From: Rhodocyclaceae bacterium | Lineage (GTDB): Bacteria; Pseudomonadota; Gammaproteobacteria; Burkholderiales; Rhodocyclaceae | Assembly (NCBI GenBank): GCA_036824005.1 | Contig: DAITBA010000001.1 | Location: 611,431 to 675,430 of the forward strand | DNA length: 64,000 bases | Direction of reading: 5' to 3' | Shown here: positions 38,947 to 48,644 of the stretch, in pieces | How the letters are laid out: the number at the start of each line of letters is the position of its first letter | Position numbering within the stretch: position 1 is the stretch's first letter | The notes under the pieces: generated by a model | The model's input: only the letters and a program-made list of their open reading frames with translations | Told to the model about the DNA's origin: nothing | Database searches by the model: none | Made by a program: the position numbers and the translations under genes

Positions 38947-39973
38947 TTCCGGCATTGCCCTGGCGCAGCAAAACGCTCTCTACCTCTACAACTGGAACAA
39001 CTACATCTCCGAGGAGACGGTGGCGCGCTTCGAGGCGGTTTGCCACTGCCAGCTCAAGCAGGACTACTACTCCAGCAACGAGGAGATGTTGGCCAAGCTG
39101 GCCGCCGGGGCCGCGGGTTATGACATTCTGGTGCCGACCGGCAACGCGGTGGAGACGCTCATCCGCCAGGGTGCGCTGCGGCCGGTCGACAAGTCGCTGC
39201 TTCCGCATCTCGCCAACCTCAAGCCGGAGTTTCTCGACTCGTCCTTCGATCCCGGCAACCGATATTCGGTGCCCTACGCCTACTCCATCACCCTGCTCGG
39301 CTACAACGAGCAGAAGATGCGCGAGCTGGGTCTGCCGACGGACACCTGGGCAGTGATCTTCGAGCCGCGCTACCTGGAGAGGCTCAAGGGCAAGGTGACG
39401 GTGCTGGACGACCAGCGCGAGCTGATCGGCGCCGCCCTGACGTACCTCGGATATTCGGTGAACGAAGTCGATCCGGCGCGCCTGCGGGAAGCCCGCGATC
39501 TGATCCTGCACGCCAAGCCCTACTGGGCGGCGTTCAATGCCTCCAGCTACATCAAGGAGCTGACCATCGGTAATATCTGGCTTGCCCACGGCTACTCCAA
39601 CGACATGTTCCAGGCGCAGCTGGACGCGCGCAAGGCGCGGCGGCCGTTCTCGATCGGCTATGCGATGCCCAGGGAGGGCGCAGTGCTGGCGGTGGATTCC
39701 ATGGTGCTGCACAACAGCGGCCGGCGGCCCGACTTGGCGCACCGCTTCATCGACTTCATGCTCGAGGGTCGTAACTCCGCCGATCTCACCAACCTCATCG
39801 GCTCCGGCAATCCCAATGCCGATGCCATGGGCTACATCCGCGACGAGATCAAGGCGAATCCGGCGGTCTTTCCCGATGCCGAGGCGAGCCGCCGGCTGGA
39901 AATGGTGAAAGACCACGATCGGCGCACGCGCCGCCTGATGAATCGCCTTTGGACAGAAATCAAGGTGCGCTGA
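38906..39973 (+). CDS. potD: Polyamine (spermidine/putrescine) ABC transporter substrate-binding protein
   Basis: In-frame Met of track ORF 38096..39973: MLCVIFSVILCLIGSGIALAQQ (signal peptide), then NALYLYNWNNYISEETVARFE..YDILVPTG... PotD/PotF family. Confidence 0.85.
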   Translation: MLCVIFSVILCLIGSGIALAQQNALYLYNWNNYISEETVARFEAVCHCQLKQDYYSSNEEMLAKLAAGAAGYDILVPTGNAVETLIRQGALRPVDKSLLPHLANLKPEFLDSSFDPGNRYSVPYAYSITLLGYNEQKMRELGLPTDTWAVIFEPRYLERLKGKVTVLDDQRELIGAALTYLGYSVNEVDPARLREARDLILHAKPYWAAFNASSYIKELTIGNIWLAHGYSNDMFQAQLDARKARRPFSIGYAMPREGAVLAVDSMVLHNSGRRPDLAHRFIDFMLEGRNSADLTNLIGSGNPNADAMGYIRDEIKANPAVFPDAEASRRLEMVKDHDRRTRRLMNRLWTEIKVR

Positions 39974-40061
39974 GCTGCGCCGACGCGCGGGGCGATCTTC
40001 GGCGAGGCTGCGCCCGGACGTGCGCCGCGAATACAATGCCAGCTACGAAGGGGAACTGGCG

Positions 40062-40271
40062 ATGATGGGAGCGTTGACCTGGCTGCTCGTATTCCAGCTC
40101 GCGGGTGAGGTGATCGTGCAGGGCTTCGGACTGCCGGTGCCCGGGCCGGCCGTGGGAATGCTGTTCCTGCTGATCGCACTCGTGCTGCGCGACGGGTGTC
40201 CCGAAGCGCTACGCTACATGGCCCACGTGCCGCTGTCGCTCGTGGCGCGATTCGTCGGGGCGCGTGGCTGA
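40062..40271 (+). pseudogene. CidA/LrgA-like N-terminal fragment (possible truncated remnant)
   Basis: MMGALTWLLVFQLAGEVIVQGFGLPVPGPAVGMLFLLIALVL matches the first two TM segments of the LrgA/YohJ family. The frame stops after about 69 aa (family members are about 120-130 aa), and no lrgB follows. Confidence 0.35.
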
Positions 40272-41335
40272 TGGCGCGGCGCGACGAAGGCAGGCTGACG
40301 CGCTATCTCGCGCTCGGCTACGCATTGCTGGTGGTCTACGCCAGCCTGCATCCCTTCGCCGGCTGGCAGGACAAGAGCGCGGTGATGTGGGAATTCCTGT
40401 TTGCTCGCTGGCCGCGCTACACGACCGTGTTCGACATCGCGGTGAATATCCTCGTTTATGTGCCGCTGGGATTTCTGCTCGTGCCGGCGCTGCGTCCGCC
40501 GCTCGACCGCGCGACGTCGGCGACGGTGGCGCTGCTGCTGGCCGGCGCCCTCAGTTTCACGATGGAACTGGCGCAGAATTTCCTGCCCAGCCGCGTGCCG
40601 TCCAACCTGGATCTCGGCTGCAACATTCTCGGCGGCCTGCTCGGCGTCATCGCAGGTGCCCGATGGGGCGCTGCGCTGCGCGATGGCGGCCTGCTGCATC
40701 GCTGGCGTGAGCAGCTGTTCGCGCCCGGCAAGGCGGGGGACTTCGGCCTGATGCTGCTCGGGCTGTGGCTGCTCACCCAGCTCAATCCGGAAATCATGCT
40801 CTTCGGCAATGGCGACCTGCGCGCCCTGTTCGATCTGGAGGCGCCGTTCCCCTATTCGGCGGAGGCGATCCAGGCGATCGAACTGGCCGTGGCTGCGTCG
40901 AGCATGGTCGGCGTCGGCGTCATTCTGTGGGGGCAGTTGCGCGCGCCGTCACCGGCGTTCATCGTCGGATTCTTCCTGCTGGCGCTGGCCATCAAGGTAA
41001 CGGCGATGGCGGTGCTCATCGACGCCGACCATGCCGGTCACTGGATCACGCCCGGCAACCTGGTCGGCATCGCCTGCGGCGCGGTGGCACTGTTCCTGGG
41101 TATCGTGCTGCCTCGTACCATGCAGCAGATGGTCGCCTCCCTGTCGCTGCTCATGGCCACGGCCCTGGCGAACCTGGCGCCCGAAAACCCCTACCTGACC
41201 GCCTCGCTGCATGTCTGGCACCAGGGCCACTTCCTCAATTTCAACGGCTTGACGCGGCTGACCTCGGCTTTCTGGCCCTTCCTCGCCATGGCCTTCGTGA
41301 TTGTCGCCGGCGCGCAGCGCAACGCCCGCGAGTGA
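40271..41335 (+). CDS. VanZ-family membrane protein
   Basis: Internal Met of ORF 40196..41335: MARRDEGRLTRYLALGYALLVVYASLHPF..DIAVNILVYVPLGFLL..ELAQNFLPSRVPSNLDLGCNILGGLLG. A long polytopic C-terminal extension follows. Confidence 0.75.
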   Translation: MARRDEGRLTRYLALGYALLVVYASLHPFAGWQDKSAVMWEFLFARWPRYTTVFDIAVNILVYVPLGFLLVPALRPPLDRATSATVALLLAGALSFTMELAQNFLPSRVPSNLDLGCNILGGLLGVIAGARWGAALRDGGLLHRWREQLFAPGKAGDFGLMLLGLWLLTQLNPEIMLFGNGDLRALFDLEAPFPYSAEAIQAIELAVAASSMVGVGVILWGQLRAPSPAFIVGFFLLALAIKVTAMAVLIDADHAGHWITPGNLVGIACGAVALFLGIVLPRTMQQMVASLSLLMATALANLAPENPYLTASLHVWHQGHFLNFNGLTRLTSAFWPFLAMAFVIVAGAQRNARE

Positions 41336-41370
41336 ATCGCGGATCAAGAAATCAACCGCAAGATCCTAAT

Positions 41371-41506
41371 CCACCGCAGAGGACACGGAGGACACAGCGG
41401 GAGATCAGGGGGATGCGAACGTCAGAGGACTTGATCATCAGCCGAATAGTGATGTCTGCTCTGCAAGCTGTCCTGCCTCTGCGTCCTCTGTGTCCTCCGC
41501 GGTGAG
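41371..41506. repeat. Intergenic palindromic element, copy F
   Basis: ccaccgcagaggacacggaggacacagcgg ... cctctgcgtcctctgtgtcctccgcggtgag. Lies between convergent genes. Confidence 0.85.
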
Positions 41507-41521
41507 CCGCCGTTTCTGGAC

Positions 41522-42025
41522 TCAATGGGAGAACAGCTCCCGGTCATACTCCCGTATGGCGATCTTCTGCCGGACGACGCCGCGCTCGTCGAAACCGACG
41601 TGGAACTGGGAGGAATAACCCCAGGCATCGCGAAAGCGATAGTCCCAGACCGTTTCCCGGCGCCGCTCGAAGTAAATGGTACGCGCCGGCGTGCCGATCA
41701 ATCGCTGTACCTGCTGCTGCGTGGTCTTGCCGACGTCGATGCGCGCGAAGTGTTCCTCGTCGAGCACTTGCTCGATGCCGTGCAGCTGGCCGCTGCCGTC
41801 CACGCGCACCATGAAGGTGTGATATCCGAGCGGTCCGCGGGTGTACTCCCAGACTTCGCCCCCGTTGGCGTCGGGGTAGACGTTGCGCGGCGCCCCCATG
41901 GTGGCACGCACGTCGTTGGCCGTGGTGACGCCCGGTGTCAGTCCCGATCCGCTGTAGGCGGCGCAGCCGGCGAGCGTCGCGGCAGCGATGCACGCGATGG
42001 CACGGGCGCAAATTCGGAGGTTCAA
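41522..42025 (-). CDS. Lipoprotein with BamE/SmpA-OmlA-like repeats
   Basis: ORF 41522..42190 trimmed to a TTG start preceded by aaggaga: (M)NLRICARAIACIAAATLAGC (lipobox). The start overlaps the stop of the upstream nitroreductase gene. Confidence 0.62.
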   Translation of the reverse strand: MNLRICARAIACIAAATLAGCAAYSGSGLTPGVTTANDVRATMGAPRNVYPDANGGEVWEYTRGPLGYHTFMVRVDGSGQLHGIEQVLDEEHFARIDVGKTTQQQVQRLIGTPARTIYFERRRETVWDYRFRDAWGYSSQFHVGFDERGVVRQKIAIREYDRELFSH

Positions 42026-43734
42026 GTTTTCTCTCCTTGCGATGCCAAGTGAGTACGCTGCGCGGCGTAGGGCGGCTGCGTTGTCAGGCGCCGGTCGTCC
42101 ACTGGCGCGCCGATGGTGAAATGGTACAGGCTCTGCCAGGCCAGGTCGGCCACGCCGAGCAACTCGTGCATCTCGTCGTCGAAAAAACAACCGATGCCGG
42201 TGCCGCGCAGCCCGGCGGCCTCAGCCTCGAGGTAGAGCACCTGGCCAATCATGCCGCACTCCCAATAAAGCTGCCGGTAGCGCCAGGGTTGCGCGGCGAC
42301 GCCGGTGAAGTTCGCCAGCATGCCGAGCGAGAAGCAGGAATCGGCGGCGATGTCCTGATGGCAGGAGATGAGCTGCGCCAACTGGCGCATATCGCCGGGC
42401 GCCAACAAATACAAGGGCAGATGGTCGGGCTCGCACTTGCGCCACAGCCACTCAGCGCGCAGGCCGCATCGCAACGCCTCGAGCGCTTTCTGGTCGCGCA
42501 GCAGCAGGTACAAACCGGGCTCCACGCCGCGCACCCGATGCACGAACAGGGCCAGGTGCACCGCCGGCGCCCACGGCCAAGCGGGCCAAGGGGGCACCTC
42601 GGGTCGCGGCAAGGTGGCGTCGAGCAGCGCGTGAAAGGCGTCCGCAGCCATCGTCGTCACGCCGTCGAAGGCGACGGCACTACGGCGTTGGCGCATCAGG
42701 TGGGCGGCGGTCGCCTCGCATCCCGTGGCCAGAGGCGGTGCAGGCCGGGGTGCGGGCCGCGACGCGGTCGCGGTTGTGCGCGGCTTGAGTGTCGCGACGT
42801 GGGCGTCCTCGATCTCGTTCCAGCGCACGTGCGACGGACTCAGGCAATTGGCGTGGCCGTGCCAAGTCGCCGTCTCGATGCCGCGCAGAAGTCGCGGTGC
42901 GTCGCCGACGGCGTCGCCGGCGCCGATCCACAGCAGTACGTCGGCGGCCTCCATTTCCTCGGCGATGAAGCCGTCGTCGCGATCGGTACCGATCAGCCGC
43001 GCCAGTTCCCCATCGCCTATCGCCGTTGCCACAGCGACCCGCCATCCAAGCGCTGCGGCGGCGTAGGCAATGGCGGTTATGGCATGGCCGCAATCGTGTT
43101 GACAATAGCGGAAGGCGCGCATGCCGTACTTCCATGCCTCGCGCCAGTGGATGGATGCGAGCGCGACGTAGAAGCCGCCGGGCGCGAACGCCTCGTCCCA
43201 GTCCGGCGCGTTCACCGATGCGCGCTGCTCGAGAACATGGTCACGGCTCAGGTAGTGATGGACACCGGCAGCGATGCCCGGCAAGGTCGCCGTAATCAAG
43301 TAGCTCTCGGTTGGGTGCAGATTGCCGCTCGATGGGTTGCAGCGCAGCGCCCAGCGGCTGCCGCGATACTCCTTCCACGCCGACAGCGCGAGGGAAAGCT
43401 CAAACAAGATCGCCACGTCGGCCAGGTCGAAGGGCGCGGGTGGCGGTAGCGCGCCGCCGCGCAGTGCTTCGAAGCGAATCGCAAGCTCATCGGCGCGCAG
43501 CGGCAACACCATGCGTGGCGCGCCGGCGTAGGTGCGAAAGGGGTCGGGCTGACTCGCCCAATCGAGATAGCCGGGGCCCGGCGCGTAGCGGTCGAGCCGA
43601 TGCTTGCTGCGCTGGTGGTAGTCGAGGATGTTCAAGTGCGTGGCGGGAAGGGCGAGCAATCCATTGTAGCGCCCGGCTCGGCGTGCCGGCGATTGTTCGC
43701 CGGCGCTCCGGGACGAATCGCTATAATCTGCCAT
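42022..43734 (-). CDS. Two-domain nitroreductase-fold (SagB/ThcOx-like) flavoprotein
   Basis: 570 aa: LDYHQRSKHRLDRYAPGPGYLDWASQPDPF, ALRCNPSSGNLHPTE, RQRRSAVAFDG, LYWECGMIGQVLYLEAEAAGLRGTGIGCFFDD. The 504-aa plus-strand ORF 41935..43449 is its antisense shadow. Confidence 0.8.
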   Translation of the reverse strand: MADYSDSSRSAGEQSPARRAGRYNGLLALPATHLNILDYHQRSKHRLDRYAPGPGYLDWASQPDPFRTYAGAPRMVLPLRADELAIRFEALRGGALPPPAPFDLADVAILFELSLALSAWKEYRGSRWALRCNPSSGNLHPTESYLITATLPGIAAGVHHYLSRDHVLEQRASVNAPDWDEAFAPGGFYVALASIHWREAWKYGMRAFRYCQHDCGHAITAIAYAAAALGWRVAVATAIGDGELARLIGTDRDDGFIAEEMEAADVLLWIGAGDAVGDAPRLLRGIETATWHGHANCLSPSHVRWNEIEDAHVATLKPRTTATASRPAPRPAPPLATGCEATAAHLMRQRRSAVAFDGVTTMAADAFHALLDATLPRPEVPPWPAWPWAPAVHLALFVHRVRGVEPGLYLLLRDQKALEALRCGLRAEWLWRKCEPDHLPLYLLAPGDMRQLAQLISCHQDIAADSCFSLGMLANFTGVAAQPWRYRQLYWECGMIGQVLYLEAEAAGLRGTGIGCFFDDEMHELLGVADLAWQSLYHFTIGAPVDDRRLTTQPPYAAQRTHLASQGEKT

Positions 43735-43760
43735 TCGTGTTTCCTTCGGGGCGTGTCGCC

Positions 43761-44066
43761 GTGTATTTCAAACACCATGTCTTCTTCTGCTGCAACCAGC
43801 GCGAGCCCGGCGCCACCTGCTGCAACAACCGCGGCGCTAGTGAGCTGCGCGGCTATGCCAAGGACCGCATCAAGGAACTGCAGCTCAAGGGCAAGGGCAA
43901 AGTGCGCATCAACTCGGCCGGCTGCATGGATCGCTGCGACGAGGGGCCGGTGCTCGTCGTCTATCCCGAGGGCATCTGGTACACCTACCTGGACAAGGAA
44001 GACATCGACGAGATCATCAACGAGCATCTGCTCGCCGGCCGGATCGTCGAACGGCTAAGGATATGA
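43761..44066 (+). CDS. (2Fe-2S) ferredoxin-like (thioredoxin-like ferredoxin) protein
   Basis: GTG start within ORF 43311..44066: (M)YFKHHVFFCCNQREPGATCCNNRGA..AGCMDRCDEGPVLVVYPEGIWY. Four-Cys pattern. Confidence 0.75.
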   Translation: MYFKHHVFFCCNQREPGATCCNNRGASELRGYAKDRIKELQLKGKGKVRINSAGCMDRCDEGPVLVVYPEGIWYTYLDKEDIDEIINEHLLAGRIVERLRI

Positions 44067-44704
44067 CGCGGCACACGCCGGAGCGGCTGCTGCTGGAAGG
44101 CGAGGCCGGGTCGATCGAGGTGATCGTCGATGTGCCCGCGCATGCGCGTGGCATTGCCGTCGTCGCCCATCCCCATCCGCTGTTCGGCGGCACCTCGGAC
44201 AACAAGGTGGTGCAGACGCTGGCCAAGGCTTTCCGCGATCTTGGCTACGCCAGCGTCCGGCCCAACTTTCGCGGAGTGGGCGCGAGTGCGGGCGATCATG
44301 ATCATGGGATTGCCGAAACTGACGACCTGCTGTGCGTCACCGCTTACGCGCGCGAACGTTTCGGCGAGCTGCCTGTCGTGCTGGCGGGATTTTCCTTCGG
44401 TGCCTATGTGCAGACCCGGGTCGCCCGGCGCCTTGAAGCGGAAGGTCGCCCGGTGCAGCGCATGGTGCTGGTCGGTACCGCTTCGGGAGCGGTGACCGGT
44501 GCGCGCAGCTACGTCACCGAGCCCGTGCCGACGGATACGCTGGTCATTCACGGCGAGGTGGACGAGACCGTGCCGCTGGCCAACGTGCTCGACTGGGCGC
44601 GGCCCCAGGACCTGCCGGTGATCGTCGTACCAGGCGCCGACCATTTCTTCCATCGCCGCCTGCATGTCATCCGCGGCATCGTCCATAACGCATGGCGCCA
44701 CTAG
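44063..44704 (+). CDS. Alpha/beta-fold hydrolase
   Basis: 213 aa: [18 protein letters not shown], nucleophile elbow GFSFGA, GADHFF. ATGA overlap with the ferredoxin gene. Confidence 0.8.
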   Translation: MTRHTPERLLLEGEAGSIEVIVDVPAHARGIAVVAHPHPLFGGTSDNKVVQTLAKAFRDLGYASVRPNFRGVGASAGDHDHGIAETDDLLCVTAYARERFGELPVVLAGFSFGAYVQTRVARRLEAEGRPVQRMVLVGTASGAVTGARSYVTEPVPTDTLVIHGEVDETVPLANVLDWARPQDLPVIVVPGADHFFHRRLHVIRGIVHNAWRH

Positions 44705-45603
44705 CGGTGCGCGGCCTGCGCAAGGCCTACGGCGGCAACGAGGTGGTTGCCGGCCTGAGCTTCGAGATCCGCCCCGGCGAGTGCTTCGGCCTACTCGGTC
44801 CCAACGGCGCCGGAAAGACGACGACGCTGAGACTCGCGCTCGGCCTCACCGATCCCGATGCCGGCGACATCCAGCTGTGCGGTCTGCCGGTGCCGGCACG
44901 CGCGCGGGCGGCGCGCATGCGCGTGGGCATCGTGCCCCAGATCGACAGCCTGGATCCAGACTTCACCGCTGCCGAAAACCTGCTGGTGTATGGCCGCTAT
45001 TTCGGCCTGCGAGACGCGGCGATCCGGGAGCACATTCCGCGCCTGCTCGAGTTCGCCGAGTTGCAGGGTCGCGCGGGCGCGAAAATCCAGTCGCTGTCCG
45101 GCGGCATGAGGCGCCGGCTGACCTTAGCGCGGGCGCTGGTCAACGATCCGGAGCTGCTCATTCTCGACGAGCCCACCACGGGCCTGGACCCCCAGGCGCG
45201 CCACCTCATCTGGGACCGGCTCAAGCGACTGCTCCAGGAGGGTAAGACGGTGCTGCTGACGACACACTTCATGGACGAGGCCGAGCGCCTGTGCCATCGC
45301 CTGGCGATCATGGATCGCGGCTGCTTCATCGCCGAGGGCAGCCCGCGCGAGCTCATCGCCAAGCACATCGAAGCCCAGGTGGTGGAAGTTTTCGGCGAGA
45401 ACGCCACCGGCTGGGCGCGCGCCCATGCGGCGCCGCTTTGCCGGCGCTTCGAGACCAGCGGCGAGACTGCCTTCTGTTACGTCGATGACGCGGCGCCGCT
45501 GCTCGCGCACCTGGATGTGCAGCCGGGCCTGCGTTATCTGCATCGGCCGGCGAATCTGGAGGACGTGTTCCTCAAGCTGACCGGCCGGGAACTACGGGAT
45601 TGA
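44692..45603 (+). CDS. ABC-2-type exporter ATP-binding protein (NodI-like)
   Basis: [38 protein letters not shown]. Confidence 0.9.
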   Translation: MAPLAVRGLRKAYGGNEVVAGLSFEIRPGECFGLLGPNGAGKTTTLRLALGLTDPDAGDIQLCGLPVPARARAARMRVGIVPQIDSLDPDFTAAENLLVYGRYFGLRDAAIREHIPRLLEFAELQGRAGAKIQSLSGGMRRRLTLARALVNDPELLILDEPTTGLDPQARHLIWDRLKRLLQEGKTVLLTTHFMDEAERLCHRLAIMDRGCFIAEGSPRELIAKHIEAQVVEVFGENATGWARAHAAPLCRRFETSGETAFCYVDDAAPLLAHLDVQPGLRYLHRPANLEDVFLKLTGRELRD

Positions 45604-45646
45604 GCATGAAGCCGGTTGGCCGCGGCGGCGTTGTTCTGCCCGACGT

Positions 45647-46441
45647 GTGGAGGCGCTGATGGCCCATGCCTTTCGCGTACCCAGCCTGAGCGTGCGCTTC
45701 ATCGCCGTCTGGCAGCGCAATTTTCTCGTCTGGCGCAAGCTGGCGCTGCCTTCAATGCTCGGCAACCTGGCCGATCCCATGATCTACATGGTCGGCCTGG
45801 GCTACGGGCTCGGCGCTCTTCTGCCGGAGGTAGGAGGCGTGTCCTACATCGCATTCCTCGGCGCCGGCACCATCTGCTACAGCACCATGAACAGCGCCAG
45901 CTTCGAGGCGCTTTATTCGGGCTTCTCGCGCATGCACGTGCAGCGCACCTGGGAGGCAATCCTCAATGCACCGATCTCCCTGGACGACGTGCTGCTCGCC
46001 GAGCTGCTCTGGGCAGCAAGCAAGAGCTTCCTCTCCGGCATCGCCATCCTGGTTGTGGTTTGGGTACTGGGTCTGACCCAGTCGGTTCTGGCCCTGTGGG
46101 TGGTGCCCTTGGTGTTTCTCGTTGGGCTGACCTTCGGTGCTCTGGGACTGGTGATCACGGCGCTTGCGCCCAGTTTCGATTTCTTTCTCTATTACTTCAC
46201 GCTGTTCATCACGCCCATGGTGCTGGTTTCCGGCGTGTTTTTCCCGGCCGAACAGCTGCCGGCGGCGTTCCAGGCCGTGGCCGCGTTTCTGCCGCTCGCC
46301 CACGCAGTGGATCTCGTGCGGCCGCTGCTCTTTGGCCATGTTCCGAAAGGCGCGGCGGTCCATGTTCTCATTCTGGCCGCATACGCGGCTGCGGGCTACT
46401 ACGTCGCCGTTGTGCTGGCGCGCCGTCGCCTGCTGAAATGA
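45647..46441 (+). CDS. ABC-2-type exporter permease (NodJ-like)
   Basis: 264 aa, six hydrophobic segments, follows the ATPase gene. Confidence 0.85.
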   Translation: MEALMAHAFRVPSLSVRFIAVWQRNFLVWRKLALPSMLGNLADPMIYMVGLGYGLGALLPEVGGVSYIAFLGAGTICYSTMNSASFEALYSGFSRMHVQRTWEAILNAPISLDDVLLAELLWAASKSFLSGIAILVVVWVLGLTQSVLALWVVPLVFLVGLTFGALGLVITALAPSFDFFLYYFTLFITPMVLVSGVFFPAEQLPAAFQAVAAFLPLAHAVDLVRPLLFGHVPKGAAVHVLILAAYAAAGYYVAVVLARRRLLK

Positions 46442-46454
46442 GCTGGCCGGAGCC

Positions 46455-46463
46455 TGTTAGAAT
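46455..46463 (+). promoter_or_regulatory. Extended -10 candidate TGtTAGAAT immediately upstream of cutA
   Basis: Part of the 13-mer CCTGTTAGAATTC (46453-46465), repeated exactly at 49130-49142. The hexamer ends 6 nt before the cutA ATG. Confidence 0.4.
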
Positions 46464-46469
46464 TCACTA

Positions 46470-46790
46470 ATGGAGGTCCTGCTGGTTATTACCAACCTGC
46501 CCGACGAGGACCAAGCCGGGCAACTCGCGCGCAGCCTGATCGAGCAGCGCGTTGCGGCCTGCGCGAACGTGCTCGCGCCGTGCCATTCGGTGTACCGCTG
46601 GCAGGGGGGGATCGAAACGGCAACCGAGGTGCCGCTGCTGATCAAGACCAGCATTGCGCGCTATCCGGCGCTGGAAGCGGCAATCCGTGCCGCACACCCC
46701 TACGAACTTCCCGAAATCATCGCTGTCCCATTGTCGCGCGGCCTGCCTGAGTACCTTGCGTGGGTCGCGACCGAAACCGGTGGCGAATAG
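46470..46790 (+). CDS. cutA: Divalent-cation tolerance protein CutA
   Basis: 106 aa: ..LIEQRVAACANVLAPCHSVYRWQGGIETATEVPLLIKT..HPYELPEIIAVP. Confidence 0.88.
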   Translation: MEVLLVITNLPDEDQAGQLARSLIEQRVAACANVLAPCHSVYRWQGGIETATEVPLLIKTSIARYPALEAAIRAAHPYELPEIIAVPLSRGLPEYLAWVATETGGE

Positions 46791-46805
46791 CCGGCGCCCT
46801 TCCCC

Positions 46806-48644
46806 ATGGTGATACGCATCCTGCTACTCCTGCTCTGCCTGCCCGGATTCGTCGCTGCGGCCGACGATCTGCTCGCGCCCGAGCAGGCGTTCCGGTTTTC
46901 CGCCCGCGCGCTCGATGCCGGGAACATCGAAATCCGTTACGACATCGCCGACGGCTACTACCTTTACCGCGACAAGTTCAAGTTCAGCGCCGAACCCGCC
47001 AATGCCAAGACCGGCGCCGCCCGGTTCCCGCCGGGCAAGGTCAAGGACGACGAATTTTTCGGCAAGGTCGAGACCTATCGCGATGAGGTGAAGATACTTC
47101 TGCCCGTGGCGGCGCCGGCGGAGCTGGATGCCGTGAAGCTTACCGTCACCTCCCAGGGCTGCGCCGATATCGGCGTCTGTTATCCACCCAATCCGCAGAC
47201 GGTGCGCGTCGTGCTCGCCGCGGCGTCCACGTCCGACGCGGCAAAGACGCCGCTGGCGGAAGCGCTGCGCGAGGCCATGCCGCAGGCATCGTCGCCGCCG
47301 CGCCCGCCGGCAGCCGAGGCCGACGCCGAAGCGGGCGACGAGTCATCCCGCATCGCGCACTTCCTCAAGCGGGCGAGTTTCTGGTTGATCATCGCCAGCT
47401 TCTTTGGTTTCGGTGTGCTCCTTGCCGCCACCCCTTGCGTCTTTCCCATGATTCCAATTCTGTCGGGGATCATCGTCGGCCACGGTCAGCACATCGGTCG
47501 CGGCCGCGCGCTGGCGCTGTCGCTTGCCTATGTACTTGGCATGGCCGTGACCTACGCCGTCGCGGGCGTGGCCGCCGGCCTGTCCGGTGCGCTGCTGTCG
47601 AGCGCCCTGCAGAATCCCTGGGTGCTCGGCTCCTTTGCCTTGGTGTTTGCCATACTGGCTTTGTCCATGTTCGGCTTCTACGAGCTGCAGATGCCAAGTT
47701 TCCTGCAAAGCCGGCTGTCCGACGAGGCCAACCGGCAGAAGGGCGGTTCGGTGTCCGGCGTGGCCGTGATGGGTGTGTTGTCCGCCGTGATCGTCGGGCC
47801 GTGCGTAGCGGCACCTCTGGCCGGTGCGCTGCTGTATATCGCGCAGACGCGCGATGCCCTGCTCGGCGGCACGGCGCTGTTCTTCATGGCCCTGGGCATG
47901 GGCGCGCCGCTCATCGCCCTCGGCGTTTCGACGCACGCGCTGCTGCCCAAGGCGGGCGCATGGATGGGGGCGGTGAAGAAGTTCTTCGGCGTCATGCTGC
48001 TGGCCGTGGCGATCTGGCTCCTCTCGCCCGTCGTGCCGACGGTGTTGTCGATGCTTGCCTGGGCCGCACTGCTGATTTTCTCCGCCATCTATCTGCACGC
48101 GCTCGATCCCTTGCCGGCCAATGCCCATGGCTGGCAGCGCTTCTGGAAAGGCGTCGGGGTGGTGGCGCTGCTCGTGGGCGCTTCGCTCGTTGTCGGTGTG
48201 CTCGCCGGCAGCCGCGATCCGTTGCAGCCCCTGGCCATCTTGCGCGGCATGGCGGAAACGGGGGAGTCGGCGGTGAAGTTCGACCGGGTACGCACGAGCG
48301 AGGAACTGGATGCCCGGCTGCACAATGCTAGCCGCCCGGTGATGCTGGATTTCTACGCCGACTGGTGCATCTCCTGCAAGGAGATGGAGCGCTTCACTTT
48401 CACCGATGCGGCGGTGCAGGCCCGCCTGCGCCAGATGGTCCTGCTGCAGGCCGATGTCACCGCCAACAGTGATGCCGACAAGGCGCTGCTCAAACGGTTC
48501 GGCTTGTTCGGTCCGCCGGGAATCATCTTCTTCGACAGGCAGGGTAAGGAAATCCAGGGCCTGCGCGTGGTCGGTTTCCAGTCGGCCGATGCGTTTGCCG
48601 CTGTCCTGGATAAGGTCGTCGCGGCCGATACAGCGGCACGTTAG
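46806..48644 (+). CDS. dsbD: Protein-disulfide reductase DsbD
   Basis: Signal peptide, N-terminal domain with SQGCADIGVCYPP, a membrane core with TPCVFPMIPILS and VGPCVAAPLAG, and a C-terminal thioredoxin DFYADWCISCKE. Confidence 0.92.
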   Translation: MVIRILLLLLCLPGFVAAADDLLAPEQAFRFSARALDAGNIEIRYDIADGYYLYRDKFKFSAEPANAKTGAARFPPGKVKDDEFFGKVETYRDEVKILLPVAAPAELDAVKLTVTSQGCADIGVCYPPNPQTVRVVLAAASTSDAAKTPLAEALREAMPQASSPPRPPAAEADAEAGDESSRIAHFLKRASFWLIIASFFGFGVLLAATPCVFPMIPILSGIIVGHGQHIGRGRALALSLAYVLGMAVTYAVAGVAAGLSGALLSSALQNPWVLGSFALVFAILALSMFGFYELQMPSFLQSRLSDEANRQKGGSVSGVAVMGVLSAVIVGPCVAAPLAGALLYIAQTRDALLGGTALFFMALGMGAPLIALGVSTHALLPKAGAWMGAVKKFFGVMLLAVAIWLLSPVVPTVLSMLAWAALLIFSAIYLHALDPLPANAHGWQRFWKGVGVVALLVGASLVVGVLAGSRDPLQPLAILRGMAETGESAVKFDRVRTSEELDARLHNASRPVMLDFYADWCISCKEMERFTFTDAAVQARLRQMVLLQADVTANSDADKALLKRFGLFGPPGIIFFDRQGKEIQGLRVVGFQSADAFAAVLDKVVAADTAAR

